NCBI GenBank assembly: GCA_012295275.1
Contig: CM022672.1
Location: 6,634,001-6,698,000, forward strand
DNA length: 64,000 nt
Source of the DNA: Chrysomallon squamiferum
Taxonomy: Eukaryota; Animalia; Mollusca
Direction: 5' to 3'
Made by a program: the position numbers and the translations under genes. Below the pieces are notes generated by a model. The model was not told where the DNA came from. It made no database searches and saw nothing but the letters and a program-made list of their open reading frames with translations. Positions within the stretch are counted from its first letter, which is position 1. Each line of letters starts with the position of its first letter. Below are positions 41,474 through 55,070 of this stretch, one piece after another.

Positions 41474-44400
41474 ATGTAGATTTCAGTTGTACTTGTGAAC
41501 TGAGATTGTGTAAGTATCAGGAATTTAATTTGTTTTAATTCTGCACATAGATATAATTTATGTACTAATTCTTTTATCTACTAATCAAATATTAAAAAAA
41601 TTAAAAAATTAATAAATAAAGATATAAATCAATAAATAAATAAACTCTGTTATTATTATTATTATTATTATTACTACTACTACTACTACTATTAAATTAA
41701 TTGGTTTTATTTCATATTTAAATTAAATGTTAATGATCAGAGAAAATATATTTTGAAGCTGAATATATTTACAGAAATATATTTACTGAATATGTTTACA
41801 GAAATAATATGGGAAAAACAATACATAATAAATATCTAGGCAAAAAAAAGAAGAAAAAAAGGAAAGAAAACAAGATAATAGTTCTTTTAGAATCTTTTTA
41901 TACAATAATTTTGTACTAAATTAATCTTTTAAAATTCTCTCTTTTTTATATCAAAATACAGAGAAATATAAATCTTTATTAAAAACAAAATAAATTCTAC
42001 AAAATTCATATTCTATGAAATGGGTTGAAATACTGACAAATACTTTTGTATTTTTGTACTTACAAGTTATTTTTTTTAAATATAGCAGCCAATCTTTCCT
42101 AATAATAAAATATAACAACCAAAACCACAAATGAAGAAATTACTCAGTTGTCAGGAAGTAAAATTTTAAACCATAGGTTACCTGGTGCTGTTGATTTAAC
42201 TCTGGGTACAATCCTTCTTGAAAGATATTCTCTAAGCTTTGCTTGTTTTTCTGGTGAGATGGGAGAAGACTGAGCAAAAATCACTGTGGATGAGGCTTGA
42301 GGTTTCTGTTTGTCCAAGGATTCAACAAGTGATGTTAGGTCACTGCTGAAAACAGAAAATGATTAAAGAAATGTAGTGATATGAAGAAAAAATAATAATT
42401 AGGCTTTCAAGTAGTAATGAACTTCTAGTGAAATTAATCAGTTTAAAAAAAGCAGTTGTCTGACTTCTAAAAAAAAAATGTTTTGTGATTATTCTCTGTG
42501 TTAAATTGTTTGTTTTTATATAACATCAGACCCTTTTTGACAAAAAAACAATTATTTTAACTTATTTTAACTGTAAACTAATATTCTGAATCAAAGACAA
42601 AATGATTAAGACAATTAAGGAATTAACAGAAATGTATAAATAGATATACTTTTTATTTTAAGCAGGGTTGGTTTTAAATAAACTTACTAAAAAGATAAAA
42701 GTTTTTAAGTGGATGTGTCTGTTTTTTGTAATTTGAGGGTAATGAAGGGAGGACGTATTTCAATTAAAACCAAAATTCCAGAAAACCACCTGTATAAAAG
42801 TGGACATTTTATTTTATTTTATTTTATTTTTTTTCTCATATAATGGGAATTTACTGGAAACAATTTTAGTGATTCAAATATTTCTAAAAAAAACAAAGGA
42901 ATAGAACTTGTTTATGTAATGAAAACTTAATTTTTGCAACCAATATACAATATAATTAAAACAAAAATATAATTTCCACAAAAACAGTTTGTACAGATTT
43001 TTCTTTTCTTTTATACCCCTGATGATAGATTATTTCAATTTATTATTTTGAACTGATATTTAAAATACAAACCAATCAAATATTATTAATATTAATGCAT
43101 AAAAACAGAATTAAGAAGAAAAAAATCGTTTTACCTGTTGTTAAGGTAACTGAATGAGTTGTTGGTATTTTGGCAGCCTGAAGATCTGTTGTATAGTTTG
43201 AGGTGTTTCAAATGTTCCTCAATATTGTCGACACGATTTTTGTGTCCTTCAATCAAGTTACAGTTGTTTTTCACTACTCGATATATAGCATCTTTAGTTG
43301 GAGCCTGAATTCTGAAAATAAACAGACATTAATAATTCAAAAAAAAAAGAAAAAAAAAAAGAAGAAAAAGAACACCAAAAAAGAATTTGATAAAGATGTT
43401 TTCTATGTCTTAATGTAAAAATAAATTCAAAGAACTTCATGGAATTTTATTTACATTGTTTACTGCAAGAAGAAAAAGATAATAAGCTTATCAAAAATAA
43501 AGTTGAATTTTTGTAAATTTTTGACCAATGTTTTCAGTACCTGAATTTCTAAATTTATTAATTATACTTGTTATTTGAAATGATAACCTCCACAAACAAT
43601 AAATGATACATGCACAAGATATTAAACAATTTTAGCAGGAACAGTGTACTTTAACAGAAATGACTGTTAACTTTGGTATGGCAAAAATCTGAACTGTGCT
43701 AGGAATGGACAATACTCTGGTTTTATACAGGACTGATGAAAACATGATAAAATACACCAGAGATTATACAATCACTAAAATTGTAACTAGAGGTACACAG
43801 GAGTAGTTCAAAAGTTATGGTACTCAAGGACTTAATTCAAGTATGTTAAAACTGTCCTTCATACAATTTTCTTTACCTTCCTTTACTGGCTTTTTTTTTC
43901 TTGTATTCATCCCACTGTGCATCCAAGACAAAGTCCACTTCCTGAAGACCCTGTTGTAGCTGCTGGTACTGCTGCTGAAGCTCATGCAGTTTTTCTGCAC
44001 TGGCTGGATCGAGGGCTCGAGACCTCAGAAGCTGGTGGTAGGTGGAGTCAGTGTTGCGCTGCTGTCGTATGCGACATTCCTCTGTCATAGCAAACATGTC
44101 CATGCACATTGTTTTTAGATCATGTACTTCACGACTCTGTTCCTGCAAAAAAAAAAAAAAAAAAAAAAATGTATTTTATCAAAATTTTGCATATTTCTTC
44201 ACATTATATTATGGATGTGCATTTCTTTACCTTTATCAGAAAAACAGATAAAATTATAGATGTAAAAATTATTAAAAATTATGGACTATGCATTTGTTGA
44301 TTTTTTTCCCCCAGCAGACAAACTAAATTGTATAAAATTGTTGGTGGGTTTTTTTTATGTGACAGTGTGTATTTTTAATTGATTTGTTGTTTGGCATTTA

Positions 44401-47400
44401 TTTTTTTATATCATTAATACTATATAATTTGTTTTTTAACCCATCAGTGGATAGGTTGCAAATTAACTATTTTTATCATATAAATTGAATATTAATATCA
44501 TCATGTCCACTACCTTAGTTGTGTCTTTAATATCACTACAGAAGTGTGTCATTTCTTCAGTAGCTGTTTTCAGTTTCTGCATTTCTTCTTTGGTGCCAAC
44601 ATGATTCATTCCAAATTTTACACTTTTCTTGTGAGCTTTTAATTCTTTTGTGAAATCTTGCATCTAAGAAAAAAACAAAAATTTATCCTGAATTTTAAAA
44701 ACACTTTTAAAAAAAGTATTAATTCAGATTAATTAGAAACGAATGAACATCAAAAATATAAACGTATTTAACATTTAGATTTGTACTTGTTTTCTAAAAA
44801 AAAAAAAAATAATAATAATAATAAAATTAAAAAATAAAAATACTTCAAAAATATTTGAAACTGAACTGAGCTAAATTTTTAATGGCAGTCCTTGATGATC
44901 TTGATGAATAATACTGATTTTAACAGACAGCTCATGAGATTGACTTTACATGGGAAATGTAGCAGAAAGCCAGAAGGCAAAGGGTTAAATTATTCATTAT
45001 TTATCTTTGGCAGGTGCATGCTGTGTGACTGCACTCATGACAGTGACTGATATGCTCAATAATTTTTACTAACAGTTAATAATCACACACAAATAACTCT
45101 CTGCAGGATCTTGAAGACATTTGCACTATTTACAGATTGAAAGTAAAGGTGTAAAGTACCTCTTCTATGATGCTCTTGGCAAATGTTATCTCAATGAGTT
45201 CATTTGCTGACTGTGTTCTCTGTTTCACTCTTTCAGCAGATTCAGCATTTTCATCAGCTGCAAAATCACGTTATCCTTATTTACAAAAACAAAATCTCAA
45301 ATCTGCTGTTATAATTCAAGAAAAACATTGAGTCAAGGCTTGGACAGGTTCTAACAGATCTTGACACTGGAGGGTGAAGTATTTATTTGACTATATAAGG
45401 GTTTTTTTGGAAGTTAGGAATATTTCTAAGTTAAGTAGATATTTTCAAATACTTGAATATTTCCAAGTTATTGTTTTATTAGTTTTTAAATAACTTTGAT
45501 AATAACAGTGTTTATTGTCATAATATAAAAAGCCAAATTGAGTAAATTCAGTTTTCAAAATTCACTAACGATGTTTGTAGGTATGAAATGATGTTATAAA
45601 AAAGGGAAAATGACAGTTTACTCTAATTTATTCAAGGTGAATGAATAATTTTTCCATATTTTAAAAAAAATAACAATAACACTTTATTACTAGAAAAGAC
45701 TGATGTATAATTTTTTAAATATATAAGTGTATAAAATGTAATTAGGCTATCTGTCAAAATATGAAAAGGATATTTTTTAACACAACTAAATATGACAATC
45801 AAAATGCAGCGCATCTAGAAAATAAATGGGTTTCTTCAGTTCTTATAATCAATGAACTTTTAATCTCATCAGAAAAATGACATAACTAAATTTGTCTGTA
45901 AAACAGTTATACTGAAACCAAGCAATCAAGAAACAGAATTATTCTTTACAGGAATTTTCTATACAAACTTTTTTTAAAAACAAACCTGGTGCAGTTGTTG
46001 TTACAGGTGTACTTGAAACTGCAGGTTTCGGCAGAGATGGTGTTGATGCAGGTTCCTTAGTTTCAGTTTCCACTGTAACCTCTGGTAATGTATCAGTTGC
46101 CACTATATGATAAAAAAAAAAAAAAAATTCTAAAACTTTTCTTAAATCATAATAGTGTCAAATTGTAAAAAAAAATCACAGTATATACAGAAACAATAAC
46201 ATGGTCATTAAAGAACTTAAGTAAATTTTTTTACAAAAAATTATAAATAAAAATATATATATACAAAATGTGTAATAAAGTAAAAGAGACTTTTAAGTGT
46301 ATACTCTCAAAAATTAAGTCAACTGTTTCAGCAGAAACAGATGAAGAACATGTACTTGGCCTAGAGGTGACAATGAAGCTGTATTTAACAGACACAAATT
46401 AAAACATTTGTGAAAAAAAAATATTCTGGTGCTTAAATAAGTGGCCTGGGACTTGTACAATAATTTAAAAAAAACAAAACAATCAGGAACAGTTGTCTGT
46501 CCAATGCCAAATTTTTTCAGATAATAAGATCATGAATATTAAACATTTGTATTTTATTACTAGCAGCCCCAATTTCTGTAATTTCTACCGCATGCTAACC
46601 TAAATTAGTTTAACATTTATAACTAATACAAATTTTTTTTTTTAACAGTTCAATTCATAATATTAACTCACCAGAGCTAATTTTATTCTGGTCACTTTTC
46701 TGTGGAGTTGTTAGCCTTAAGTCATGTCCTGCTGATGATGTCAAAGATCCTGTCTGATTGCTTTGTGATTTTGTTTGCTGAAATAATGGAACTCCACTGG
46801 CTGCTGACTGACTCACTGTAGTAGCTATTGTAAAATATAAAAGACTTTATATGCATACACACACATATACATGATGGGTCTTAAGTATGAAGTATTGAGC
46901 ATACAAATAATAATCAATGATTTCAACAATAAATGGCTTGAATTTTCATTTATTAATGAAATAATCCTCAATAAAGAATAATGAACAATTTATATATTTC
47001 CTATATTGGTAAAGCTGCATATGTTAATTGTAAAAATAAATAAAAAAAATGTACGACTACAGCAAAATAAAAAAATACATATATAAACAGAACAGACAAG
47101 ATAACATGATATCAAACCTGTACTACTTAATGATAAAATATTCCCTTTCAAGGGCTTACTGGAAGGCTGTGTTGAAAACGTGAATCCAGGCACTGGAGAT
47201 GAAGTTGGTGCTGGTTTGTTTACTGTCGCTGACTTGGTTGTTTTCAGTGAAAATTCTAGGGAACCTGCTGCAGTAGCGTTTGGTGTCTGATTCACCTGCT
47301 GGGTGGGTTTCGAGACAAACTGGAAAGAGTTTCCTGTAGTCGGAAGAGAGAACTTGCTTGCTGTTGTGACAGCTGCCTGACTTTGTCCAAAAGCACTTGC

Positions 47401-50400
47401 AGTACCGAGAGGAGCAGCTGCAGTACATGATGGTGCTGACGTCTCAGATAATGCGAACTGATTGCTTGTGAATCCCTGTGGTTTCTGTTGGTTTTGTGTC
47501 TGACAAATTACAGGCTGTGCTGCTGTTGTCATAGCTGCAGGCTGTGCTGGCTTTTGTCCAAAAGGCAATGAAGATGCAGTTGTTGCTGCACCCAATGCTG
47601 GAGCTTTCTGTCCAAAAGATAAAGGCAAGCCAGATGTTGCAGTAGTCGCAGCTGCAGTTTGACCAAAAGGCAATGGCTGACCAGTTGTTCCTGCAGTTGT
47701 TGATGCTGCTATGGCTTGTGCTATTTGTCCTGTGAAATGATATAAGAAGAATTGCTATAATTAACGAAAAATTGTAATGTAATTTTCTTTTAACAAATTT
47801 GAATTTAAAAATTTAATAACAGGTTAGGAATAACATTAGATGTTTTATTAAGGTAATTAAAAACCAACAAATGCTTAGATTTCTTTATCTTCTAACTAAT
47901 TTATATCACATCTTTAATATTTTAAAAGAAAATCTGAAGAATGAACACAAACACATGCACACATGAACACACACACGCACACACACACACACACACACAC
48001 GATTACACAGCACACACACATCACATGAAATATAAACATAGTGAAAAAATAATAATAGTTTAAAAACCTCTCGGTTTCCTCTCTCCACTAGTAGGCAAAT
48101 CTTCTGGCGGCCTAGTCAAGTTGTCAACATCAGATCTCAAGTACAACATGTGGAAGGGAACCAGGAGCCCATCAGTTGAAAGCAGCAGAACAACAGGACT
48201 TGGAGGATGAGTTTTATTATCACCTGCATTAAAACAAGAAAAACTAACTCTAATGTACAAAAAACCAATACATGTATGTTAAAGATCAGTTATCAAAGTA
48301 TACATATTTTAACTTCATAGAAGGAAATAGACTTCATACTGCTAAGTTCTTCTCTTTGTTCATTCAACTAATGGCATATTGAGAATATAAAAAACAAAAT
48401 CTTGATCCCAATGAACAAGATACTGATCACAATAACACTTCAAATTGATAAATGAATATTTCACAAAACTTTAGCACAAAATTAAATTGGTTCAGAAAAA
48501 CAAGGACATATTAACACATAAAACTGACACCATATAAAAAAACCATTTCTTTTCATTTCTACCATTCAGAAAATAAATAAAAATGAACTAAAAAATTATA
48601 CCAACCCAAAGAGACTGGCATCTGTGAGGAAAAGTCAATGGCCATGGCTACAGGGAAAGAATCACACTCGCTGTCTGCTAGAGGAAGTTCAGCTCGTCCA
48701 CAATCTTCAAGTGTCCAGTGTTCCCAGTTTGTCTAAAACATAAATAAAAACAATAATAATATATATCTGTAAAGTGTTTTACACACAGCTGATATATCTA
48801 CAATGTTCCAGTTTGTCAAAAAAGTTAACAGTAGTAATAATATATGTATCTTCAATTTCCCAGTTTGTCTAAACAATTAAAAATGTTAATACTATTTATA
48901 TATCTGTGTTAAATTCACGATTAATGTAACCTCAATCTCCAAGCTTGTCTAAATAATTAAAATAATAGTAATAATAATAATATATCTCTGCTTATGAAAT
49001 AATAAATAAATAATGTCCTATCATATGTATGTAAATATATGACATGAATTAGACAAATACAATAAACACTAATTAAAAAATATTCTTTATTTTATAATAT
49101 AGGAAAAATAATAATTTTCTAAACACACACACACACATATATATTTTTAATACTGTAATATAATTCTTTAAACACATTTTGATCTTAAATGTACAGAAAA
49201 AGTATTATTTAAGATAGATAAGAACAGAATTTAAGAAGATTAGATATGAAGGATCCCACAACAGATCTCAGTGTTCACATCTTGAAACTTCACCTACATA
49301 GGTACACTACTATGTACGGCTAAAACCTACTTAAATCCTATCAACAACATTATTCTACTATACAGTATGACACCATAAAAACACAATTTACTTATACAGT
49401 AATTTTTTAGAAACATTTTCTAACTGCTGATCACAACGACTGATGCCAAACCCACAGATATGGCAGACTGACTGTACACTCATTTTATAAAACTATTTCA
49501 CACATTTTATCATTAATATTATTCTTGGTGATTTTTACAATGTTCTGAAGTAAATGTTTTTTTTTTTACATGCCTTGTTGTCCATGTTTTTGCCAACAAT
49601 TGTGGTTTCTGTGGCATTGCTTGATGCAATAACAGCCAGTTCCCTGAAAAGTGAATAAACAAATAAGAATGTTATCTTCAAAAGATGATGCTTTATGAAA
49701 TAAACTATTAACATTAAAGTATATATTTTTCTATACAAATTCAATGAGTGTAAAATTTATATTCAACAGAAGCTCCATTTTCAATCATATTAAAGAATCA
49801 ATTTTTCTGAATTAAGAAAAAAGAAGAAATATATAGCCACTAAATACATTTCATTTTTTTATGAAAACTAAGTTATCTGACTTTAATGTAATGTATTAAC
49901 AGTAGCCTAGCAAATTACTAATAATGCTATTTTTGTAAGTATATTGATGTATATTATTCAAAAGATCTGACTTTCAGTCTATTCACATTTCAACTTACCA
50001 CTGCTGAATAAAACTGATGTAATATTTATGTTTCCTATTTTCTCCTGACCCATAGCAAATGTCTTCATAGTTGAAATATTCAGTTTTACCCTCTTTCTGA
50101 GTTTCCAGAAAAATAAAATATGTATTAATATATATAAACAACATAATTAGACAGAAATGTCTGTAATATAGAGAGACAAATACATACAAGATATCTGAAC
50201 TGTTTATTCTCTCTATTTTCTATTCTTTTTAAAATTTGTTTTAATAAATATGATGCAGTCAGAGCTTTTTATATGTTTTAAATACAATGAGCTAAACTAT
50301 ATTTAAGTACATTTAAGTCAGACATAGGAAAAAATATGTTTGTTATCAAAATAGGTTATAAATTGAAATTAAAACACAGAATATTTCTGATAAACACCTT

Positions 50401-53400
50401 TATGAAACTGATTATCGCTTATTCTAAGGCATGTATTAAATTTATAAAAATATATCTACAACAACAACGATAATAATAAATAAAAATATATCCCATTTTA
50501 AACAAATAAATGGTTGTTCAAATTTAACACTGAAGACTTAGGAAAGGTGAAGACCACAAAATAAAGGCAACGTTCATGTTCAACTCACAGAGGAAATGGT
50601 GAGGACAACGTAAGGCTGATCTGATGACTGAGGACTCTGTGGAACGTAAGCTGCCAGGAACATGTACGTGGACAGCCAGGCAATATCTACCACTGAAAAC
50701 AAAAACAGATGAGTATAATTCCAAATCTCACCAGTGTAACAATCATCCAGTAATTCAAACATTCTGTACCAAATAACAGTTCTCATCAAAAACAGATTAC
50801 CATCAATTATATTTAAATTAATGCTATAACAACTGAATGCTATAAAGAATAAGGTTCTAGAACAAATAAAAAATGAAAATATATTTAACAGCTACCCACT
50901 TCTAAAGCTGGTTCTACAGTAATTTCAGTCTTCTAGAAGCTACATAAATTGCACGGTATCTATATTATAAAGAATTTATGAATTATTTTCAAAATAACAC
51001 AACTGATATTTTACCCTGCTGTGATCCGTCTAGAATACTGGGACATCCCCACTTCTTCTTGGCTTTCAATTCTTGATCAAACTGTATGAGAGAACCATCC
51101 CTGATCCCAATGACAATTTGCTTACCTTTTGGACTCCAGCATACTATAAAATATTTTAAATATTCATCTGTTACATTTGAAACAATGATAAAATGCAAAT
51201 ACATTACACATACTGTAACATAAACAAAATGAATTTGTATGTCCAATTAGTTAAGTCAGATGTATATTCTGTAAGTGGATGTGTGTTTGTGTCCATATAC
51301 ATGGTAGATATATTCTGCATACTTCCAAGTTATCTTTTATTTGTTGTTGTTGTTTTTTTCATTTTCAATCCAGTCTTAATAATGATGAATAATAACAGAA
51401 GGAGATAGTTAAAAAATATCTTGATACGCTTTAAACAAAAACATTGGTAAACACTTAAACTTAAAGCAATAATAATGGTCACATACTTTTTCATTTACAG
51501 AATTTAAAATTGTTTGAAATATTTTGTAGCTATTTTGAACTTATAATTTCATTTTTTATTTTTTTGTTGCTCCTGTGCAAGTGTGTGTACATATTTGCAT
51601 GCGTGTATTCATTTTTTATTTTTTTGTTGCTCCTGTGCAAGTGTGTGTACATATTTGCATGCGTGTATAATAAGAAAAACTTACAACATGTGGCACAGGC
51701 AGAAACAGGCAGTGAGGCAACAATGTGCAGGTTTTCTTTTATTTCCAAAGTTCACAACTGCCATCTGAGACACATGTAGCCAGCATGACAGGGTTTGCAG
51801 GATTCCATGCCAAGTCTAACAGTGAGGCACCGGGTGTAGCATTCAGTTTCACTTTCTGAAATGGTGCTGGTTGAGCATTCTGAAAAAAGCGAACATTGCA
51901 ATACAATAATTTTTTTTTTTTTCAAATGCTACCAATTATAAAAATAAAAATTTAATTAAAGTTAGACCTTATTTAAGGTTAACTTTGCTGAATCACAGGA
52001 GACAACCTATAAAATCAAATTTAGAAATTCCACTGAAATGGTAAACATGATCTGTGAAAGAAATTTTATTTTATAAAATATAAAAGTAAGTGCACTGCAG
52101 AAATACTACAAATACACAATATAAAACTAAATTTTTAAACATAAATAAATAAATTAAAAATAAATATGTATGCATTTAAAGATAAAAAGTAAATAAATAA
52201 ATATATTTTAAATATAAAAGGTAAATAAATATATTTTTTGACAACAAAAATGAAAAGTGATTTTGTTGGTCATAAATGAAAATAAAAAAAACATTACTGG
52301 ATTTGCAAAAGCTCTCAAGTCATACGCCAAGAGCATCAGGTTTGCACATTCTTTTACAGCAACCACCAGTGTCAGCTCATCACAACTCAAAGCAAGATGG
52401 CTAACATGAACTGATAATTCTACTCTGCTCCACACAGGAAAGTCTTCTATTATGATGTTGCTCCTATCTTTAGCATGTCTTTGATCCAAAATCAAAATAT
52501 CCCTGGTCTTAATTACTTGGAAACCTTTTCAAAATTAAAAAAAAAATTAACACAGTATACAAAAGGAAAAATATATTTTAAAAGGTTTTTTTGACAGAAA
52601 TGTGTATATCTATATTTCGCAAAGATCCAGTACAGTACTTTTTAAAGATTTCTTATTTGGAATTTAAGTAAAGGAATTTTTAAAAATCCAATCTTTGTAA
52701 CTAAGAGGGTTTTATATGAATATTCACAATTTACATGTATGGCTGAAACAACAGTTATGATATTAATTTCTTTTAAGAAAACAAATATTAGGACAAAGCT
52801 GTCTCATTTCATGTTGTATGTCATTTGGATATCATATTATGAGAATTTGTCAGTTCTTCTATTACTATCTAAATTATCTAACACCCAAAAATTTTCCTTT
52901 TATTAAAATTAAAATTATTGAAACAATTAAAATATACCAGATTTTTCTCCAATAAAAGTGAAACCGAATCTGCTGGATGTGGCTAGCCATTGCAGACGAT
53001 CTGTTTTTATTTCACCTGATGATGGTGAGATTCTAATCTTGCACAGCTGTTGAAACTTGAAATCCTAAAATAGACAGTAAACTTAAAAAAAAAACATATA
53101 ACCAAAAAGTTAAAATATTTGAATAATGTTATATATGTAGTTTTTATCAGCATGATCATGATAATGTAACATATTATTATAAAATGTAATTGCCAGATGT
53201 CTAACACTTTCTGTCTGAAAGGAAAAAAATCCTTGAGATCATGTCTGGTTTTATCAATGGAAAATTAACTGTTAGACTTTGTAGTGTAGTCACTGTAGAT
53301 TAAACGTAACGAAACTAGAAAATGAAAACTTTAAATTGGGATGTAATCGGGACATCGGATAATGAAATTGGTTTTCAAATTGAAACTAACTATGTGTTTT

Positions 53401-53449
53401 ATAAGTTTACCTTAACATCTCTTTCTGGTGGTCCGTTATCTGTTGCCAT
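33415..53449 (-). CDS. NUP214: Nucleoporin Nup214 (beta-propeller, coiled coil, FG-repeat tail); about 28 coding exons; two 1-nt frameshifts as assembled
   Basis: Approximate exons: 53411-53449, 52938-53064, 52298-52524, 51685-51879, 51015-51143, 50589-50692, 49999-50096, 49574-49643, 48606-48732, 48068-48223, 47159-47729, 46672-46824, 45986-46102, 45160-45257, 44514-44663, 43877-44142, 43135-43311, 42182-42345, 41335-41418, 40382-40712, 39876-40052, 39238-39382, 37184-38751, 36541-36701, 35692-35832, 35174-35343, 34575-34717, 33415-33467. Motifs PERDVKDFKF, CWSPKGKQI, WEHWTLEDCGRAELPL, LLSTDGLLVPF, GLGGKPSAEKANTNVFG, many FG repeats and C-terminal FTSYRG*. Confidence 0.93.
33726..33894. mobile_element. 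hAT-Charlie-type MITE (169 bp) in the last NUP214 intron
   Basis: TIRs CAGTGTTTTTCTCAA and TTGAGAAACACTG, flanked by a near-identical 8-bp target duplication ttctagac / ttccagac. Confidence 0.8.
38157..38322 (-). repeat. 81-bp coding tandem duplication in the NUP214 FG region
   Basis: STVSAFGGGSFGGTSPT(T/A)ASPSSTNTE occurs twice with near-identical DNA. Confidence 0.9.
39420..39875. repeat. 36-bp minisatellite filling a NUP214 intron
   Basis: Unit gtaaa(a/g)ctataacttggaagaacactaaatgttaat, near-perfect at 39690-39870 and degenerate toward 39420. Confidence 0.9.
51549..51668. repeat. Perfect tandem duplication of about 59 bp in NUP214 intron 4
   Basis: tcattttttatttttttgttgctcctgtgcaagtgtgtgtacatatttgcatgcgtgtat occurs twice. 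Confidence 0.9.
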
Positions 53450-54232
53450 AATAGGATTAAGTATTACGCAGATTTAAGGTAACATCACCAACTTCAAATG
53501 TTACAAAATGTGCGAATAATACCTCTTTTTTCTAACAAAGATCATCAATTAGTTCGGAAAAAACAGTGTTAAAATTTGATTAAAAACCTATTAAGAAATA
53601 GTTATTTCAAACATACTGATTAAAATGAACGTTCATAAGGATTATTACAACTTAAAATTTATTAAGTTTATGTTTTACATATATGCGACTTTAACCATTT
53701 ACTTGTAAATACATTTTAAATAATGATTACTCCTCCCTTGCTCCCATTTTTGAAAGGTAGGCTTAAAACACGGACTATTGCAGTCCTGTTCATTGAACGA
53801 ATTTTAGCATCAGAAAGGCATTTTAATAATTTAATATAATTTCTCTAGTTAATATTATTATTTGTTATAAATATATTTCCCAATCATCTATAGTTTGTTT
53901 ATGAATATAAAACGATATTTATGAGTTATGAGTTATTCAATGTCTTCTTCCATAACAAGCTTTCGTGCGACTTTAGCAACACCTGGAAAGATGTAAAAAT
54001 GATGTAAAATATTCATTATTCTAAATAATTTAGACAAATAATGACTAAACGCACAGGTTGCAAAACTCATGCAAATTAATCACGATTTAACTTACGTTTC
54101 ATATAATCACATAAATCAGGACATTAAGATTAATTCATAAAAAAAAAATGTATTATTTAGAGATTTAAATAACAACAGGATCACCCAGTAAATAATATTA
54201 TATATATTAACCCAAGCTTAACTAATTATATT

Positions 54233-54297
<65 letters not shown>

Positions 54298-55070
54298 TTT
54301 TTTTTCAATTATAAAGTTTTCAAATTGTACCGCATATCTCTTGCATTATGTTAAATATGAAATATGACTATTTCATTTTGCATAAAGAAAATTTATTCGC
54401 ATAATTATTTACAACTAAAAGACAAAAAAAAAAAAAAAAAAAAAATAATAATAATAATAATAATCATTTTATAAAAATGTACTTTAAAATTTACTTTTAG
54501 AGAAACATAACAACTGGATCCGGAACTCCTGAGAAGATTTGGTTAAAAACTTTGCATAAAATAAAATTGATAATGTTCACATCGAGGACGCCGTTAAAAA
54601 CTAAGACCCAGAGCTAAGAAATGATTTTAAATATGAACCAGGAAAAACTTATAGGTTAAGGTTTCCAATCATAAATACCCCCTCCCGATCCGCCTATAGA
54701 TTTAATTATTACTCTGATTTTAGTTCATTTAAATGAAATAACGACACTAGCATAACGAGACCTGTTAAATTTTATCAAGGAAGTACCGTTTATTATCGAT
54801 CGACTTAACATGCGCATTGAACATTTCCGGTACTTTCGGGATTGTTTGCTGTCATTAGTTTCAAAGTGTTTCGGGTTTTTAATATTCCGTCCACAGGATA
54901 GGTATGTTTTTAACTCATTAGTTTCTGTATAATTAAACTGAGTTGTTAAAGTAGAAATTATAATTTGACTGTCTGGCCTTTACTGTTCAACCGAAACTAA
55001 TTTCGCAACATCGGGCACCTGCGGCTGTGATTGTAAACAGGTTAACCTAGAAAATGGCTGCCAACCAAGA
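53450..55070. promoter_or_regulatory. Divergent promoter region between NUP214 and NEK6/7, with a probable NEK 5'UTR exon ending at 54901
   Basis: Head-to-head arrangement; TTCCGG ETS core near 54825, donor AG|GTATGT at 54901/54902, YY1-like AAAATGGCTGCC near 55051. Confidence 0.45.

Noticed and set aside
46323-46378. Possible extra NUP214 cassette exon
   Set aside because: An acceptor is present, but no donor gives the required phase 1-1 length, and the flanking exons already join in frame.
51738-51748. AAA-TAA motif like Euplotes +1 programmed frameshifting
   Set aside because: The required shift is -1, the organism is a metazoan, and one missing G explains it.
54790-54805. DRE-like TATCGAT near the NEK promoter as a target of the ZBED/DREF-like protein
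   Set aside because: Imperfect single match (TATCGATC), and the binding specificity of this BED finger is unknown.
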